Assembly (NCBI GenBank): GCA_963691875.1 | Contig: OY829846.1 | Span: 2,560,001-2,624,000 of the forward strand | Reading direction: 5' to 3' | DNA: 64,000 nucleotides | DNA from: Aureliella sp. | Lineage (GTDB): Bacteria; Planctomycetota; Planctomycetia; Pirellulales; Pirellulaceae | Shown: positions 53,044-63,309 of the stretch, piece by piece | How the letters are laid out: each line of letters starts with the position of its first letter | How positions within the stretch are numbered: position 1 is the first letter of the stretch | Position numbers and translations under genes: made by a program | The notes under the pieces: model-generated | What the model was told of the DNA's origin: nothing | Database searches by the model: none | Seen by the model: only the letters and a program-made list of their open reading frames with translations

Positions 53044-54564
53044 ATGCAAATAGCCCCCATACTTGCCGTCTTCCGAGGCACAGTCTTCACCGCTTCACTG
53101 TGCTTGCTCACGAATTTGCCGACCATCGCGATCGCCGAGACGGCAGCCCCCAAGGGGAATGCAACGAAGAAAAAGAACGTTCTGCTAATCGCCATCGATG
53201 ACCTTAACAACTGGATAGGCTGCTTGGGTGGGCATCCGCAAGCGCTGACTCCCAATATTGACAAGCTGGCGAAACGGGGAGTTCTCTTTTCTAACGCGCA
53301 CTGCCAAGGCCCGATCTGCGGTCCATCAAGATGTTCTTTACTATCTGGTAAATTTCCGCATTCGACCGGCGTCTACCAACAACCCGGTGGCGACTTGTTA
53401 GAAAAGGACCACGTGCACTTTCGGGGCCAGCTATTGCCAGAGTATTTTGCGAAGCACAACTATGAAACACTTGCCTCTGGCAAGATCACGCACGGCTACG
53501 CTGGCAAGATTGCATTCAAAGATTACGCCGGCAAGCAAGGTGGATTTGGTCCTAAACCCAAGGAGCGGTTCCAGTACTTCTTGCCGAACGTCCCCTTCAC
53601 GGGGACGCAAACAGACTGGGGCGCATTCCCCGAGCAAGACAGTCAAATGCCTGACTTCAAAACGGCATCTTGGTGTATCGACAAGCTTAACGAGCCGAGG
53701 ACTAAACCATTCTTTCTGGCCGCCGGATTTTATCGGCCTCACGTTCCCTTCTATGTGCCCGCAAAGTGGTTTCAGGAATTCCCCCTGCAGACCATCCATC
53801 TACCAGAATACCGGCTAGACGATCTGGACGATGTTCCGCAGATCGGAATCGATATCCACGAGATGCCCAAGTACCCGAAATGGGAATTCCTGGTGCCAAA
53901 TGAAGAGGAGCAGTTCCGTCGAGCTGTGCAAGCTTATCTGGCCTGCATCCGTTTTGTTGATCACCAAGTTGGACGTGTCGTAGAAGCTCTCGAAGCCAGT
54001 CCCTATCGTGACGACACAGTCATCGTATTATTAAGCGACCACGGGTATCACCTGGGAGAAAAGAATCGTATCAGTAAACACAGCTTATGGGAGGAATCGA
54101 CGAAAGTGCCCCTCATTATCGTCGACGGACAGCATCGCGGTCGTCAATCCGCTGCACCAGTTGGCTTAATTGACATCTACCCGACTCTTCTAGAACTTTG
54201 CGATCTGCCAGCTCGCCCAGAAAACGAGGGGATGAGCCTACTGCCGCTCATGAAGAATACGGATGCCAAGCTTCGCGACGGCATCCTGACGACCTATGCG
54301 CGAGGCAATCATTCTGTCCGTAGCGAGCGTTTTCGGCTGATTCGCTATCAAGACGGTAGTCAAGAATTGTATGACCACAAAACGGATCCGCAGGAATGGA
54401 ATAACTTGGCTTCAAAGATCGCGACGACCCCAGAGTTACAAACTGTCGTTAAGAAGTTAGCACAATTGCTACCGAAAGAGGAATCGGAATACCATCCCTC
54501 CACCCAAAGTGGTCCTGTGAATGCGTGGTTCCAAGAGCACTTACGTAAGAATGGCATTGAATAA
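53044..54564 (+). CDS. Sulfatase (iduronate/choline-sulfatase-like)
   Basis: NVLLIAIDDL; CGPSRCS; RPHVPF; SDHGYHLGEK. Confidence 0.93.
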   Translation: MQIAPILAVFRGTVFTASLCLLTNLPTIAIAETAAPKGNATKKKNVLLIAIDDLNNWIGCLGGHPQALTPNIDKLAKRGVLFSNAHCQGPICGPSRCSLLSGKFPHSTGVYQQPGGDLLEKDHVHFRGQLLPEYFAKHNYETLASGKITHGYAGKIAFKDYAGKQGGFGPKPKERFQYFLPNVPFTGTQTDWGAFPEQDSQMPDFKTASWCIDKLNEPRTKPFFLAAGFYRPHVPFYVPAKWFQEFPLQTIHLPEYRLDDLDDVPQIGIDIHEMPKYPKWEFLVPNEEEQFRRAVQAYLACIRFVDHQVGRVVEALEASPYRDDTVIVLLSDHGYHLGEKNRISKHSLWEESTKVPLIIVDGQHRGRQSAAPVGLIDIYPTLLELCDLPARPENEGMSLLPLMKNTDAKLRDGILTTYARGNHSVRSERFRLIRYQDGSQELYDHKTDPQEWNNLASKIATTPELQTVVKKLAQLLPKEESEYHPSTQSGPVNAWFQEHLRKNGIE

Positions 54565-54621
54565 CCAATAAGATCATCGGCAAATATTGCGTCAGAGTCA
54601 GCACCAAGGGTACACACTAGA

Positions 54622-55488
54622 ATGCACATAAATCCACCAGCAAGACTTCTTTTGCTTCTCGTCTGCACTGCCATATCCACACGAGTCATGGCAGAGCAAC
54701 CCTTAGCGGTCTTTGTCGTTGGCACGCACCATTACAGCCCACAGCTGACAATGCCTCCCTTAGCCAGGCAGCTTGAGCAGGTTGGCTTCCGTTGTAAAGT
54801 GATTCTTCCAGAAGGTGATCCAGAGAAAAAGCAAACTGGCATCGGTGACTTATCAGCACTCCGCGAGGCGGATGTCGCAGTCTTTTTCCTGCGATTCCTA
54901 ACGTTGCCACCAGACCAGTTGAAAGAACTGCAAAACTATGTGGAAAGTGGAAAACCGGTCGTTGGCTTTCGCACCAGCACACATGCCTTCGACTACCCTG
55001 CCGAAAGCCCCCAGGCCGCATGGAATAATGGATTTGGCAAGCGTGTCCTCGGCTCCCAGTACGCCGTGCACCTGCAAGGCGAAACGAGCGTCGACTTTGT
55101 GGAGGGCTCGAAGGCCCACCCAGCACTTGTGAACCTCCCCAAGTTTGACGCGCTCGCAGCTCCGGGCACGCTTTACATTTCGACGCCTCCGAGTGACGCT
55201 CAGATCTTGCTCACTGGCACAGGCAATTCCCGCAAGACTGGTGAGGTCACCAATCGATTTGGCAAGCACATTTTGAAGGCAACAATGACGTCGCCTGTTG
55301 CGTGGACATGGGAAAATGAGTGGGGTGGCCGCGTCTTCACGACCACTTTAGGGCATGCAAAATCATTCGAAAATCCGCTGCTCGTGCAATTCTACTTGAA
55401 TGGAATCCAGTGGGCCGCCGGCAAGAACGTCGACGCCGACTTTCAGGCCAAAGGCTTTCAAATCAATCTGCCTCGTAAAAAGAAGTAG
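54622..55488 (+). CDS. ThuA-like domain secreted protein
   Basis: GKPVVGFRTSTHAF; PVAWT...GGRVFTTTLGH...NGIQWA. Confidence 0.8.
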   Translation: MHINPPARLLLLLVCTAISTRVMAEQPLAVFVVGTHHYSPQLTMPPLARQLEQVGFRCKVILPEGDPEKKQTGIGDLSALREADVAVFFLRFLTLPPDQLKELQNYVESGKPVVGFRTSTHAFDYPAESPQAAWNNGFGKRVLGSQYAVHLQGETSVDFVEGSKAHPALVNLPKFDALAAPGTLYISTPPSDAQILLTGTGNSRKTGEVTNRFGKHILKATMTSPVAWTWENEWGGRVFTTTLGHAKSFENPLLVQFYLNGIQWAAGKNVDADFQAKGFQINLPRKKK

Positions 55489-55511
55489 TCAGCGCTCACG
55501 AGTATTACCAG

Positions 55512-56435
55512 ATGCGCAAGCCATCCATAGCCGTAGTTGGTTCAATCAATTTAGATCTCGTCATTCAATGCGAGGCACTACCCCGAGCCGGAGAGACGTT
55601 GTTTGGCTCTGATCTAACCGAGTATTACGGCGGCAAAGGAGCAAACCAAGCGGTCGCAGCCGCTCGAGCTGGCTCGGATGTGCTGATGATCGGAAGAGTC
55701 GGCGACGATTCATTCGGGGCACGGCTTCGCGGGAATTTGATGCGTGAGGGGATCGACTGCCAGGAAGTGCTCGCAGTTCCAGCACCGAGCGGCTTTGCGA
55801 TGATTACCGTGGACGCCCAGGGCGATAATTCGATCCTGGTGGTTCCCGGTGCAAATGCTGCGTTAAAACCAACGGATGTCTTGAGCGCTGAGGAGCAAAT
55901 CGCCGAATGCGACTTAGTGGCCTTGCAGCTAGAGTGCCCACAAGAAACGGTACTTGCAGCGATTGAAGTCGCAAAACGCCATCGGATTCCAGTGTTGCTG
56001 GATCCGGCACCTGCTCCGAACGAATTCTCCAGCAAGCTGTTGGAGGTTGACTGGATTTGCCCCAACGAGTCCGAGGCCGCCACATTGACTGGTCGCCCTG
56101 TGACAGACCAGCGAAGCGCAGAGGCCGCCGCGGTTAAATTGCACGAGGCGGGTGCAAAGCATGTCGTGATTACTCGAGGTGCTTCTGGCTGTTTGCACTA
56201 CGACGGAGAGCGTTCTAAGCACATAACTGCCCACCAGATCGATTGCGTCGACAGTACTGCTGCAGGTGACGCCTTTGCCGGAGCTCTCAGCTTCGCCTTG
56301 GCGGCAGACTTTGGTGTCGATGAAGCCTTGGAGTTCGCCTGCACGGCAGGAGCACTAGCTTGCACTAGTTTAGGAGCTCAAAGTGCAATACCTCGGCATG
56401 AACAAATTGCCGCCAGAACGGAGCTTGGGGACTAG
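55512..56435 (+). CDS. rbsK: Ribokinase (PfkB family)
   Basis: VVGSINLDL, GGKGANQAVAAAR, PNESE, DSTAAGDAF. Confidence 0.9.
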   Translation: MRKPSIAVVGSINLDLVIQCEALPRAGETLFGSDLTEYYGGKGANQAVAAARAGSDVLMIGRVGDDSFGARLRGNLMREGIDCQEVLAVPAPSGFAMITVDAQGDNSILVVPGANAALKPTDVLSAEEQIAECDLVALQLECPQETVLAAIEVAKRHRIPVLLDPAPAPNEFSSKLLEVDWICPNESEAATLTGRPVTDQRSAEAAAVKLHEAGAKHVVITRGASGCLHYDGERSKHITAHQIDCVDSTAAGDAFAGALSFALAADFGVDEALEFACTAGALACTSLGAQSAIPRHEQIAARTELGD

Positions 56436-56452
56436 TCTTACCTAACCTACTT

Positions 56453-56530
56453 GTGAGCGAGGCGATTTCATAATCCCGACGCGTGAGCGAGGCTCACGAG
56501 CCAGTCTTTCCGCGCTCACGCTTCGGGTTG
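56453..56530 (+). repeat. Planctomycete REP-like palindromic element
   Basis: atcccgacgcgtgagcgagg...ccgcgctcacgcttcgggtt inverted pair plus an extra gtgagcgagg copy. Confidence 0.7.
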
Positions 56531-56709
56531 AGTTTGCTCGCCGGATCGTCACGACTCCCAAAGTAACAATATCCTTTTGTTGCCTAACGTACTTTGCACG
56601 GGAACGACGGCATCTGAATATTCAGATTACAGCCATCACAATCGAACTCACCGTCTAGTCACGATACAATCCGGTCCTATAAGGTGCCACTCTCCGGAAC
56701 GAGAACAAC

Positions 56710-58137
56710 ATGCGTCCACCTAGTCGAATCTCAGCTTTTATTATGGGCTTTCTTTCGCTGAGCAACATTGCCGCTGGGCAGGCAGCAGCTCACGACTCTT
56801 ATTCTCTCCAGGCCGGTGAAGCTCACCCTGACTTTGTCTTACCCAATATCGAAGATGGTTCTGCTGTTGCACTTTCACAATTCCGTGGCAAGAAAGTGTT
56901 GCTCATTCATTTTGCATCATGGTGAGCTGGCTGCCGCAGGATGGTGCCCGTGTGGCACGACTTGACTCGTAAAGCTCGCGAATCCGGCAAGTTGATTCTA
57001 CTTGGCGTCATCCAAGAGCAGCACGCGGAACGCTGCCGCCTCTATGCTCAGTGGAAACAGTACGACTGGACCATGGTACAGGATGCAACCAATCGCTTAG
57101 ACAACTCTGCAGTCCCTATCTTCGTCGCTTTGGATGAAGCGGGAACGGTCGTTGACACTGGCCTACGTCCCAACGAGCTACAAGCTTTTCTTGACAGACC
57201 CGCCGTGAAGTATTTGGCGAATGCCCAGTTAAATCCAGAAAAGCAGATCAATGCATTGGCCAAACAGACCGCAAGCTCAACGGATCCGAAGGCGTGGCAG
57301 GAATTGGCTGAACAACGATTGCTTTGGCAAGGTGACTCAGGCCTACGTCAGGCCATCGCCGACTTTCGCGCCGGCATTGATGTTGCCAACGAGCCTCCGA
57401 TTTCTGCCGAGCTGCACTTCGGGCTGGGCGTCGCGTTACGGAAACGATTCGATTCATCACTGCGAAAACCGGATGACTTTCAAAATGCCGTTCATGCTTG
57501 GGACCAAGCACTCGCGTTGAACCCTAATCATTACATTTACCGTCGTCGTATCCAGCAATATGGTCCACGGTTGATGAAACCCTATCCGTTTTACGACTGG
57601 GTCGAATTGGCGACAGCTGAAATCCGCAAACGCGGCGAAGAGCCGATCAAGCTTAGTGTGCCTCCTTCAGGTGCGGAAATCGCTTTACCAAGTCGCGCCA
57701 AACTTACTGTTTCGAATACCGCATCCGAACCGGACCCGAGGGACGCAATTGATCGTGACCGAGGCATCTTGATCGCCAATCACAGTGTGGTCGTTCCAGG
57801 AAAGATCAAAGCTGGAGCTAACCTTCGCGTTCATCTAGAGTGGCAACCTAATAAGCTCGCGCACTGGAATAACGAAGCCGAGCCGGTAGCTGTTTGGTTG
57901 GATCTTCCCGTCGATTGGGCTGCTGACAATCAGCTCTGGACGCTTCCACAACCGAACGAAATCGAGTCACGCGAGACCCGTCGACTTGAGTTTGAATTAC
58001 AATCTCCGCAGGACGCGAAGAGTATTTTGCTGCAAGGCTACGCGTTGTACTATGTATGCGAAGACGTTGGCGGCCAATGCCTTTATCGCCGGCAAGACTT
58101 TAGTATTTCCGTTGAGGTCGAGTCGAGCTCAAGGTAA
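56710..58137 (+). CDS. Probable selenoprotein (475 aa, Sec72): exported TlpA/thioredoxin-fold domain (W-U-A-G-C), TPR-like region and DsbD-alpha-like domain
   Basis: ORFs 56710-56925 and 56941-58137 share a frame; TGA 56923-56925 gives HFASW-U-AGCRRMVPVW (WCxxC position); hairpin 56944-56958. Confidence 0.8.
56944..56958 (+). promoter_or_regulatory. Candidate bacterial SECIS hairpin
   Basis: GTGCC-CGTGT-GGCAC, stem begins 18 nt after the in-frame TGA. Confidence 0.55.
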
Positions 58138-58190
58138 GCTACAGACTTCCCCGTATTTCCTCTCCAGCCTTTTCCAATCAGGAGACACTC

Positions 58191-58742
58191 GTGAGTCGCA
58201 TCGTTTCGTCGGTTGCAAGCATCCTTGCAGCCATTGCTATCCCTGCCTTTACACCGGAGCTGGCCATGAGTCAGAGTGGAAAGATCGTTGTCGGTGACGC
58301 ATGTCCTGATTTTGAAATGAAGGGTAGTGACGGCAAGACCTACAAGTTAGCTGACTTCAAAGGCAAGAAAGGATTTGTGATCGCTTGGTTTCCCAAAGCT
58401 TTCACCGGTGGCTGAACGGCTCAGTGCAAGTCATTCCGTGAGAATGGCAAGGCAATCCAAGAGTATGAAGTCAGCTACTTCACTGCCAGCGTTGACCCTC
58501 CCGAACGGAATAAGGATTTTTCCGAATCGCTCAAACTGGATTACCCAATTCTCAGCGACCCCGACAAGAAATATGCCAAGTCCTTTGGCGTCCTCAACGC
58601 AAGAGGTTTCTCCAGTCGCGTCACGATCTACGTGAATAAAGAAGGCAAGATCGCTTACATCGACAACTCCGTAAAGGCCAAGGAAGATGGAGCGAACGTC
58701 GCCAAGAAACTAGCCGAGCTCAAGTTCGAGAAGAAAAAGTAG
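58191..58742 (+). CDS. Probable selenoprotein peroxiredoxin (BCP/PrxQ-like, 183 aa, Sec75)
   Basis: AWFPKAFTGG-TGA-TAQCKSFR fits PxxxTxxC with TGA at the peroxidatic Cys; frame stays open through SVD...LDYPILSDPD...RVTIYVNKEGKI to TAG 58740-58742. Confidence 0.88.
58430..58448 (+). promoter_or_regulatory. Candidate bacterial SECIS hairpin
   Basis: GTCATTC-CGTGA-GAATGGC, stem begins 14 nt after the in-frame TGA. Confidence 0.6.
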
Positions 58743-58829
58743 CGAGCTGGGACGCCTATCCGATGGCTTCAACGCAGGCACTTCTCTCTTCCATTGGCTT
58801 GAAGTTGAAGCCACATCGATCTTTGCGGT

Positions 58830-59700
58830 TCTCTGGTACTGTAACCTCGGACTGCGGAGAAAATGTAAAAGCCGAACCACTCTCCGCACTAATGAGCAAG
58901 GCTTCCAGCGACGGCTCTGGTGACTAGGAATAGTCGCGATTGCTCCTGAGTTCAATCAACTGAGCATCGGGTAGCTCGCGAGTCATGCGTGACACGAATC
59001 CTCAGCTGAGATCTACAAAACCAATTCTCAGATCCTCGATGTTCCTAATCGTCGTGAGCGATTCGACTTCTCGAACGGGACAGTCTAGCCCGCCCCATTC
59101 GGATGCACCAACATGCGAATAAGATAGTGCTGCATCCCCTCGGAACACTCCGGAGTACCAACGAGACCGGACATGATGAGGTTAAAATAGTCATCCTTTA
59201 GCTAATTCGAAATGGTCGCCCAATCAAAGCGAACGAACAATAGGGTCACATTCAATTCATAAGCCGAAGCATGTTCCAGGTTCACGTCGAAGCCAACTAA
59301 GTCGGCGGAGCTACCAAAATATGCGAATGGCAACTTGCCCTCGTTTTACCCAGCTCGCATGACACCTCACCTCCGAATTCGTTAATGACAGTTTCTCCGG
59401 GCTTGCGGGGCACCGGATTCACCTCTGGTTGCTTGATCAGGATCGAAACGGCCAGTTGTTCGATTAGCTGCATCCTAGCAAGCACCTCGCTCCATGGAAC
59501 TCACTTTTTCTATCAAGCATGTCAGGCGGCGGCGGTCGCTGTAAAGGCGATTGCACCGGGTGCCACCAGAATGGTGAAGCACTGTCGGTCGCCACGAGTG
59601 TTGAGCGCAAAGATCCTTCCATGGCTGCCATCGTGAGCAGCGAGGATACCGCCAATGGCCTACGCCGACGGAGTCACCACTGCGCTCTGCTACAACGCCG
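58830..59700 (-). pseudogene. Heavily degraded amino-acid substrate-binding (SBP family 3) domain, probably from a dicarboxylate/amino-acid symporter-SBP fusion
   Basis: RIRR*GVMRAG*NEGKLPFAYFGSSADLVGFDVNLEHASAYELNVTLLFVRFDW...IMSGLVGTPE;...LEALLISAESGSAFT; many stops. Confidence 0.65.
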
Positions 59701-60008
59701 GTCAGCGCTCACCATTGCCAGAATGATCGCCCGCTGAAAGCCAAATCTGGTCGCTCCCTAAAGCCACTTTTGAATCCATTCCGATGGCTACTCCAGAGTA
59801 AAGTCTGTTTACGGGCTTGCCACAGCTGCAGTATTCCTTTGTGAACAACTCTCGAGATTGCCGGGCAAGACTCCCAGTCGATTCCTCAGTTCTTCCCTGC
59901 ACGCTGGCTTGTCCTGTTTTACACTCGTGTAGCTAGCCTACAATGCAACAGGTGAGCAACGCCCAAGCCACATTCTGCTCAACAGAAAACTTAACGCACA
60001 TCAATGCT

Positions 60009-62150
60009 ATGAACAGCCGAAGTCACAATTCCTTAACACATTTGCTTTCCTTGCTGCTTGTCTCAATGACGGCCAGCGACAGCTTTGCCCAGATCAAAAT
60101 GTCTCCACCGATTGCTCAAGCTCGTCCCAAGATTCTGAAAAACCATGGCGCCAAACGAGTTGATCCTTACTATTGGCTTCGCGATCGCGAAAATCCAGAA
60201 GTCATTGACTACTTGAACAAGGAAAACTCCTACACCGACGCAGCGCTCGAGGACTTGAAGCCACTCGAAGAAGAGTTGTTCGCTGAGCTCAAAGGAAGGA
60301 TCAAGCAAGACGATACGTCGGTTCCCTACACTGATCGTGGCTTCGTGTACTACACGCGCTACGAGGACGGTAAGCAGTATCCAATCTACTGCCGGAAAGC
60401 TGAGGGCGAGGAAGACGCAAAAGAAGAAGTCATACTCGATGTGAATCAGCTTGCAGAAGGCAAGACATTCTGCAGCGTCGTTGGACTCCGCGTTAGCCCA
60501 AATTCGGAGCTGCTTGCTTTCGGAGTCGACTTCACTGGGAGACGAAAATATAGCTTAAAGTTCAAAGATCTATCGAGCGGCGAGATTCTGAACGACTCTG
60601 TCGACAACGTCACGGGTTCGTGCGTTTGGGCTGGCGACAGTAAAACAGTCTTCTTCACCAGAAAAGACCCGCAGACCTTGCGAGCCTACTTGGTCGTTCG
60701 CCACGAGTTATTAACTCCGCCTGAAGAAGATGTCATCGTGTTTGAAGAATCCGACGAAGAGTTCTCTTGTGGTGTGCGGCGTTCTCGATCACGCGACTTC
60801 ATCTTCATCGTTTCGAATCAAACGCTAAGCACCGAAGTAAGATTCCTATCTACGAATGATCCTGAGGGTGAGTTCCAAGTATTCTTGCCGCGTCGCGCCG
60901 ATCACGAGTACTCAGTCGATCATCTTGGCGATCAGTTTTTCATTTACAGCAATGAAAATGCGCCGAATTTTCGCTTGTTCACGACCAGTGCCGATAGGCT
61001 CAATCGTGAGGATTGGATAGAACGAATCCCGCATCGCGAGGATGTCTTTCTGCAGGACTACGAGTTGTTTGAAGACTTCTTGGTTTTGTCTGAGCGCCGA
61101 AAAGGCCTTGTGCACTTGCGCGTTCTCGGCGCGAACACCGATTCAGAGATCAACTACGACGTTCCCTTCAGCGAGTCGGCCTATGTCGCCTCGGCCTCTC
61201 CGACTCCTGATCCAGCGACAGCCAAGCTGCGATATCGCTACACTTCCATGGTGACTCCCAACCAAATCGTTGAGTTCGACCTGGGAACGAAGCAGAGCAA
61301 AGTGCTCAAGGAAACCGAGGTTCTCGGCGGCTTTGACCGTAATAACTACAAAACGGAGAGACTGTGGGCGACAGCCCGCGATGGCACTCAGGTTCCTGTA
61401 TCCGTTGTTTACCACAAAGACACTCCTCTGGATGGTACAGCGCCTTGCCTTGAGTACGGATATGGTTCCTACGGCAGCAGCATGGACCCCCGGTTCAACT
61501 CCAACATCTTGAGTTTGCTTGATCGCGGTTTTGTTTACGCGATTGCTCATATTCGCGGCGGCCAAGAAATGGGACGTCAGTGGTACGAAGACGGAAAGCT
61601 GCTGAAGAAGATCAACACCTTCACGGACTTCATTGACGTCGGAAAATTCTTGATCAAGAAGAAGTACGCGAATCCCAAGCATCTGTATTGCCGCGGCGGT
61701 AGCGCTGGCGGCCTGTTAATGGGCGCGGTCATCAACATGGCTCCAGAACTCTACGACGGCACGATCGCCGATGTGCCCTTTGTCGACGTGGTCACCACAA
61801 TGCTTGACGAGACCATTCCGTTGACAACTTTCGAGTATGACGAATGGGGCAATCCAAACGAAAAAGAGTACTTCGAGTACATGCTGTCGTACTCGCCCTA
61901 CGACCAAGTGCGGACCGTCGAGTACCCGCATCTGCTCGTCACCACCGGTCTGCATGACTCACAAGTTCAATACTGGGAGCCCGCCAAATGGGTGGCGAAG
62001 ATGCGAGCCATGAATCCGGAGAATAAGAAGCTCTTGCTACTGAAGACTAATATGGAAGCTGGACACGGCGGCGCAACAGGCCGCTTCAATCGCCTCAAAC
62101 TCGATTCCACGCGTTACGCATTTCTGCTGAAGCTGGCAGGGAGAAAGTAG
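60009..62150 (+). CDS. ptrB: Oligopeptidase B (S9A), secreted
   Basis: DPYYWLRD; YGYGSYG; HIRGGQEMGRQWYEDGK; GGSAGG nucleophile; HDSQVQYWEPAKW; AGHGG. Confidence 0.92.
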   Translation: MNSRSHNSLTHLLSLLLVSMTASDSFAQIKMSPPIAQARPKILKNHGAKRVDPYYWLRDRENPEVIDYLNKENSYTDAALEDLKPLEEELFAELKGRIKQDDTSVPYTDRGFVYYTRYEDGKQYPIYCRKAEGEEDAKEEVILDVNQLAEGKTFCSVVGLRVSPNSELLAFGVDFTGRRKYSLKFKDLSSGEILNDSVDNVTGSCVWAGDSKTVFFTRKDPQTLRAYLVVRHELLTPPEEDVIVFEESDEEFSCGVRRSRSRDFIFIVSNQTLSTEVRFLSTNDPEGEFQVFLPRRADHEYSVDHLGDQFFIYSNENAPNFRLFTTSADRLNREDWIERIPHREDVFLQDYELFEDFLVLSERRKGLVHLRVLGANTDSEINYDVPFSESAYVASASPTPDPATAKLRYRYTSMVTPNQIVEFDLGTKQSKVLKETEVLGGFDRNNYKTERLWATARDGTQVPVSVVYHKDTPLDGTAPCLEYGYGSYGSSMDPRFNSNILSLLDRGFVYAIAHIRGGQEMGRQWYEDGKLLKKINTFTDFIDVGKFLIKKKYANPKHLYCRGGSAGGLLMGAVINMAPELYDGTIADVPFVDVVTTMLDETIPLTTFEYDEWGNPNEKEYFEYMLSYSPYDQVRTVEYPHLLVTTGLHDSQVQYWEPAKWVAKMRAMNPENKKLLLLKTNMEAGHGGATGRFNRLKLDSTRYAFLLKLAGRK

Positions 62151-62555
62151 GTCTCTTTCCAATTCTACAGCGTGTGCCTCATTAATCCTGCTGACTCGTG
62201 ATGAAGGCGAAGAGATTTCGCAGGCATCAGTAAAATTGGTCCGAATCTTTCGTGAAACTGCCTGACGCATTTACTTGAAAGCAGGCTTATTAGCAAAGGC
62301 ACCAAGCTATGTCCCAATGGGCATTCACGACCGTTGGGACACTCGGACTTCCTTCTCGCCACAAATGGACTGAGCGAAGGATTAACAGCTCAAGAAATCG
62401 AAGCCATTCTTCAGAAGTCAGAGTTCTTGCAGGCAGCGCCGAACCTCGTCAAACACTCCGCAAAACGCAGTGCTCAAAATACGACCTGCCTTGCGTTTGC
62501 TTACAGAGCATCGCAATAGACTGTTCAGTCGAACTGAGAATGTAGCCACTCTAGG

Positions 62556-63215
62556 CTACTTCGAAGATTTTACGACTAACTGAGATGTTCGCACTTCATC
62601 GATTCCAGCTTCAAAGAGCAAAATTATCTGCAGCAGCTCGAGCTTCTCAGGTGAGGTAGTAGAGCCATCCAGAACAGCTACTCGATCTTTCACGCGAACC
62701 CTCACTCCTTCGCCGAGCATACGTTGCACGCGTGTTGTCAGTTTTGGTTGTAAGAGGATGTTTCGGTCCAAGTGTCGAGCGGGCTCGACGTTGGACACTC
62801 TGAGACGTGGGTAGTAGATGCCCTTGGTAGGTTGAGCGGGCATGGCTCTGTTCATATTCCGCGTGTTAGCTGCTTCAACTCGAAAGTCTTCCGCGGTTGT
62901 CCGAACTCGTCCGACACCGATGGCTTGCTGTGAACCGACGAAGCCAGATAGCTCGCCGCGATCCGAGCCTACAAAGTCGTTGCGGCTTCGATTGCCTCTG
63001 ACAAATCTTTCCGTCCCTTGCAGCTGTCCCGTTGTCTCTTGATTGGTCATGGTGCTTGTCGGCGAAGTACGACCACTAAGCGGACTTCCAACAGAGCGAC
63101 TACCAAACAGCTGAGCTTGAGCCGATTCAGCACTCGGCAGCAAAACAACGAAAGCAATGCAAAGTTGCGTTGACTTGAAGTGTTTCATTGAAATCGCTTT
63201 CCCGAACTCATACAC
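62556..63215 (-). CDS. Secreted protein with a C-terminal BON-like domain
   Basis: Signal peptide AQA-Q; ERFVRGNRSRNDFVG; VRVRVKDRVAVLDGS...LLFEAGIDEV. Confidence 0.6.
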   Translation of the reverse strand: MYEFGKAISMKHFKSTQLCIAFVVLLPSAESAQAQLFGSRSVGSPLSGRTSPTSTMTNQETTGQLQGTERFVRGNRSRNDFVGSDRGELSGFVGSQQAIGVGRVRTTAEDFRVEAANTRNMNRAMPAQPTKGIYYPRLRVSNVEPARHLDRNILLQPKLTTRVQRMLGEGVRVRVKDRVAVLDGSTTSPEKLELLQIILLFEAGIDEVRTSQLVVKSSK

Positions 63216-63309
63216 AGATACATCCCATTCGCTTAACGCCCAGCCGAAGTCGCTAGCTCATTTGGCTTGTTCCTCTGGATAACGAAGCATTTAATGACTT
63301 CGCTACCTG

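Noticed and set aside
56923..58415. Genome-wide TGA reassignment (code 4/25)
   Set aside because: Many genes here end properly at TGA (e.g. 1453, 17513) and Trp is encoded by TGG; readthrough is limited to two catalytic sites.
59519..59737. Small c-type cytochrome (CTGCH in a 72-aa ORF)
   Set aside because: No signal peptide or RBS, and it lies antisense to the transporter pseudogene; likely chance.
62309..62545. Small CDS or cNMP-binding protein
   Set aside because: Two short overlapping frames; at most a tiny remnant (LSEGLTAQEIEAIL), which I cannot support.
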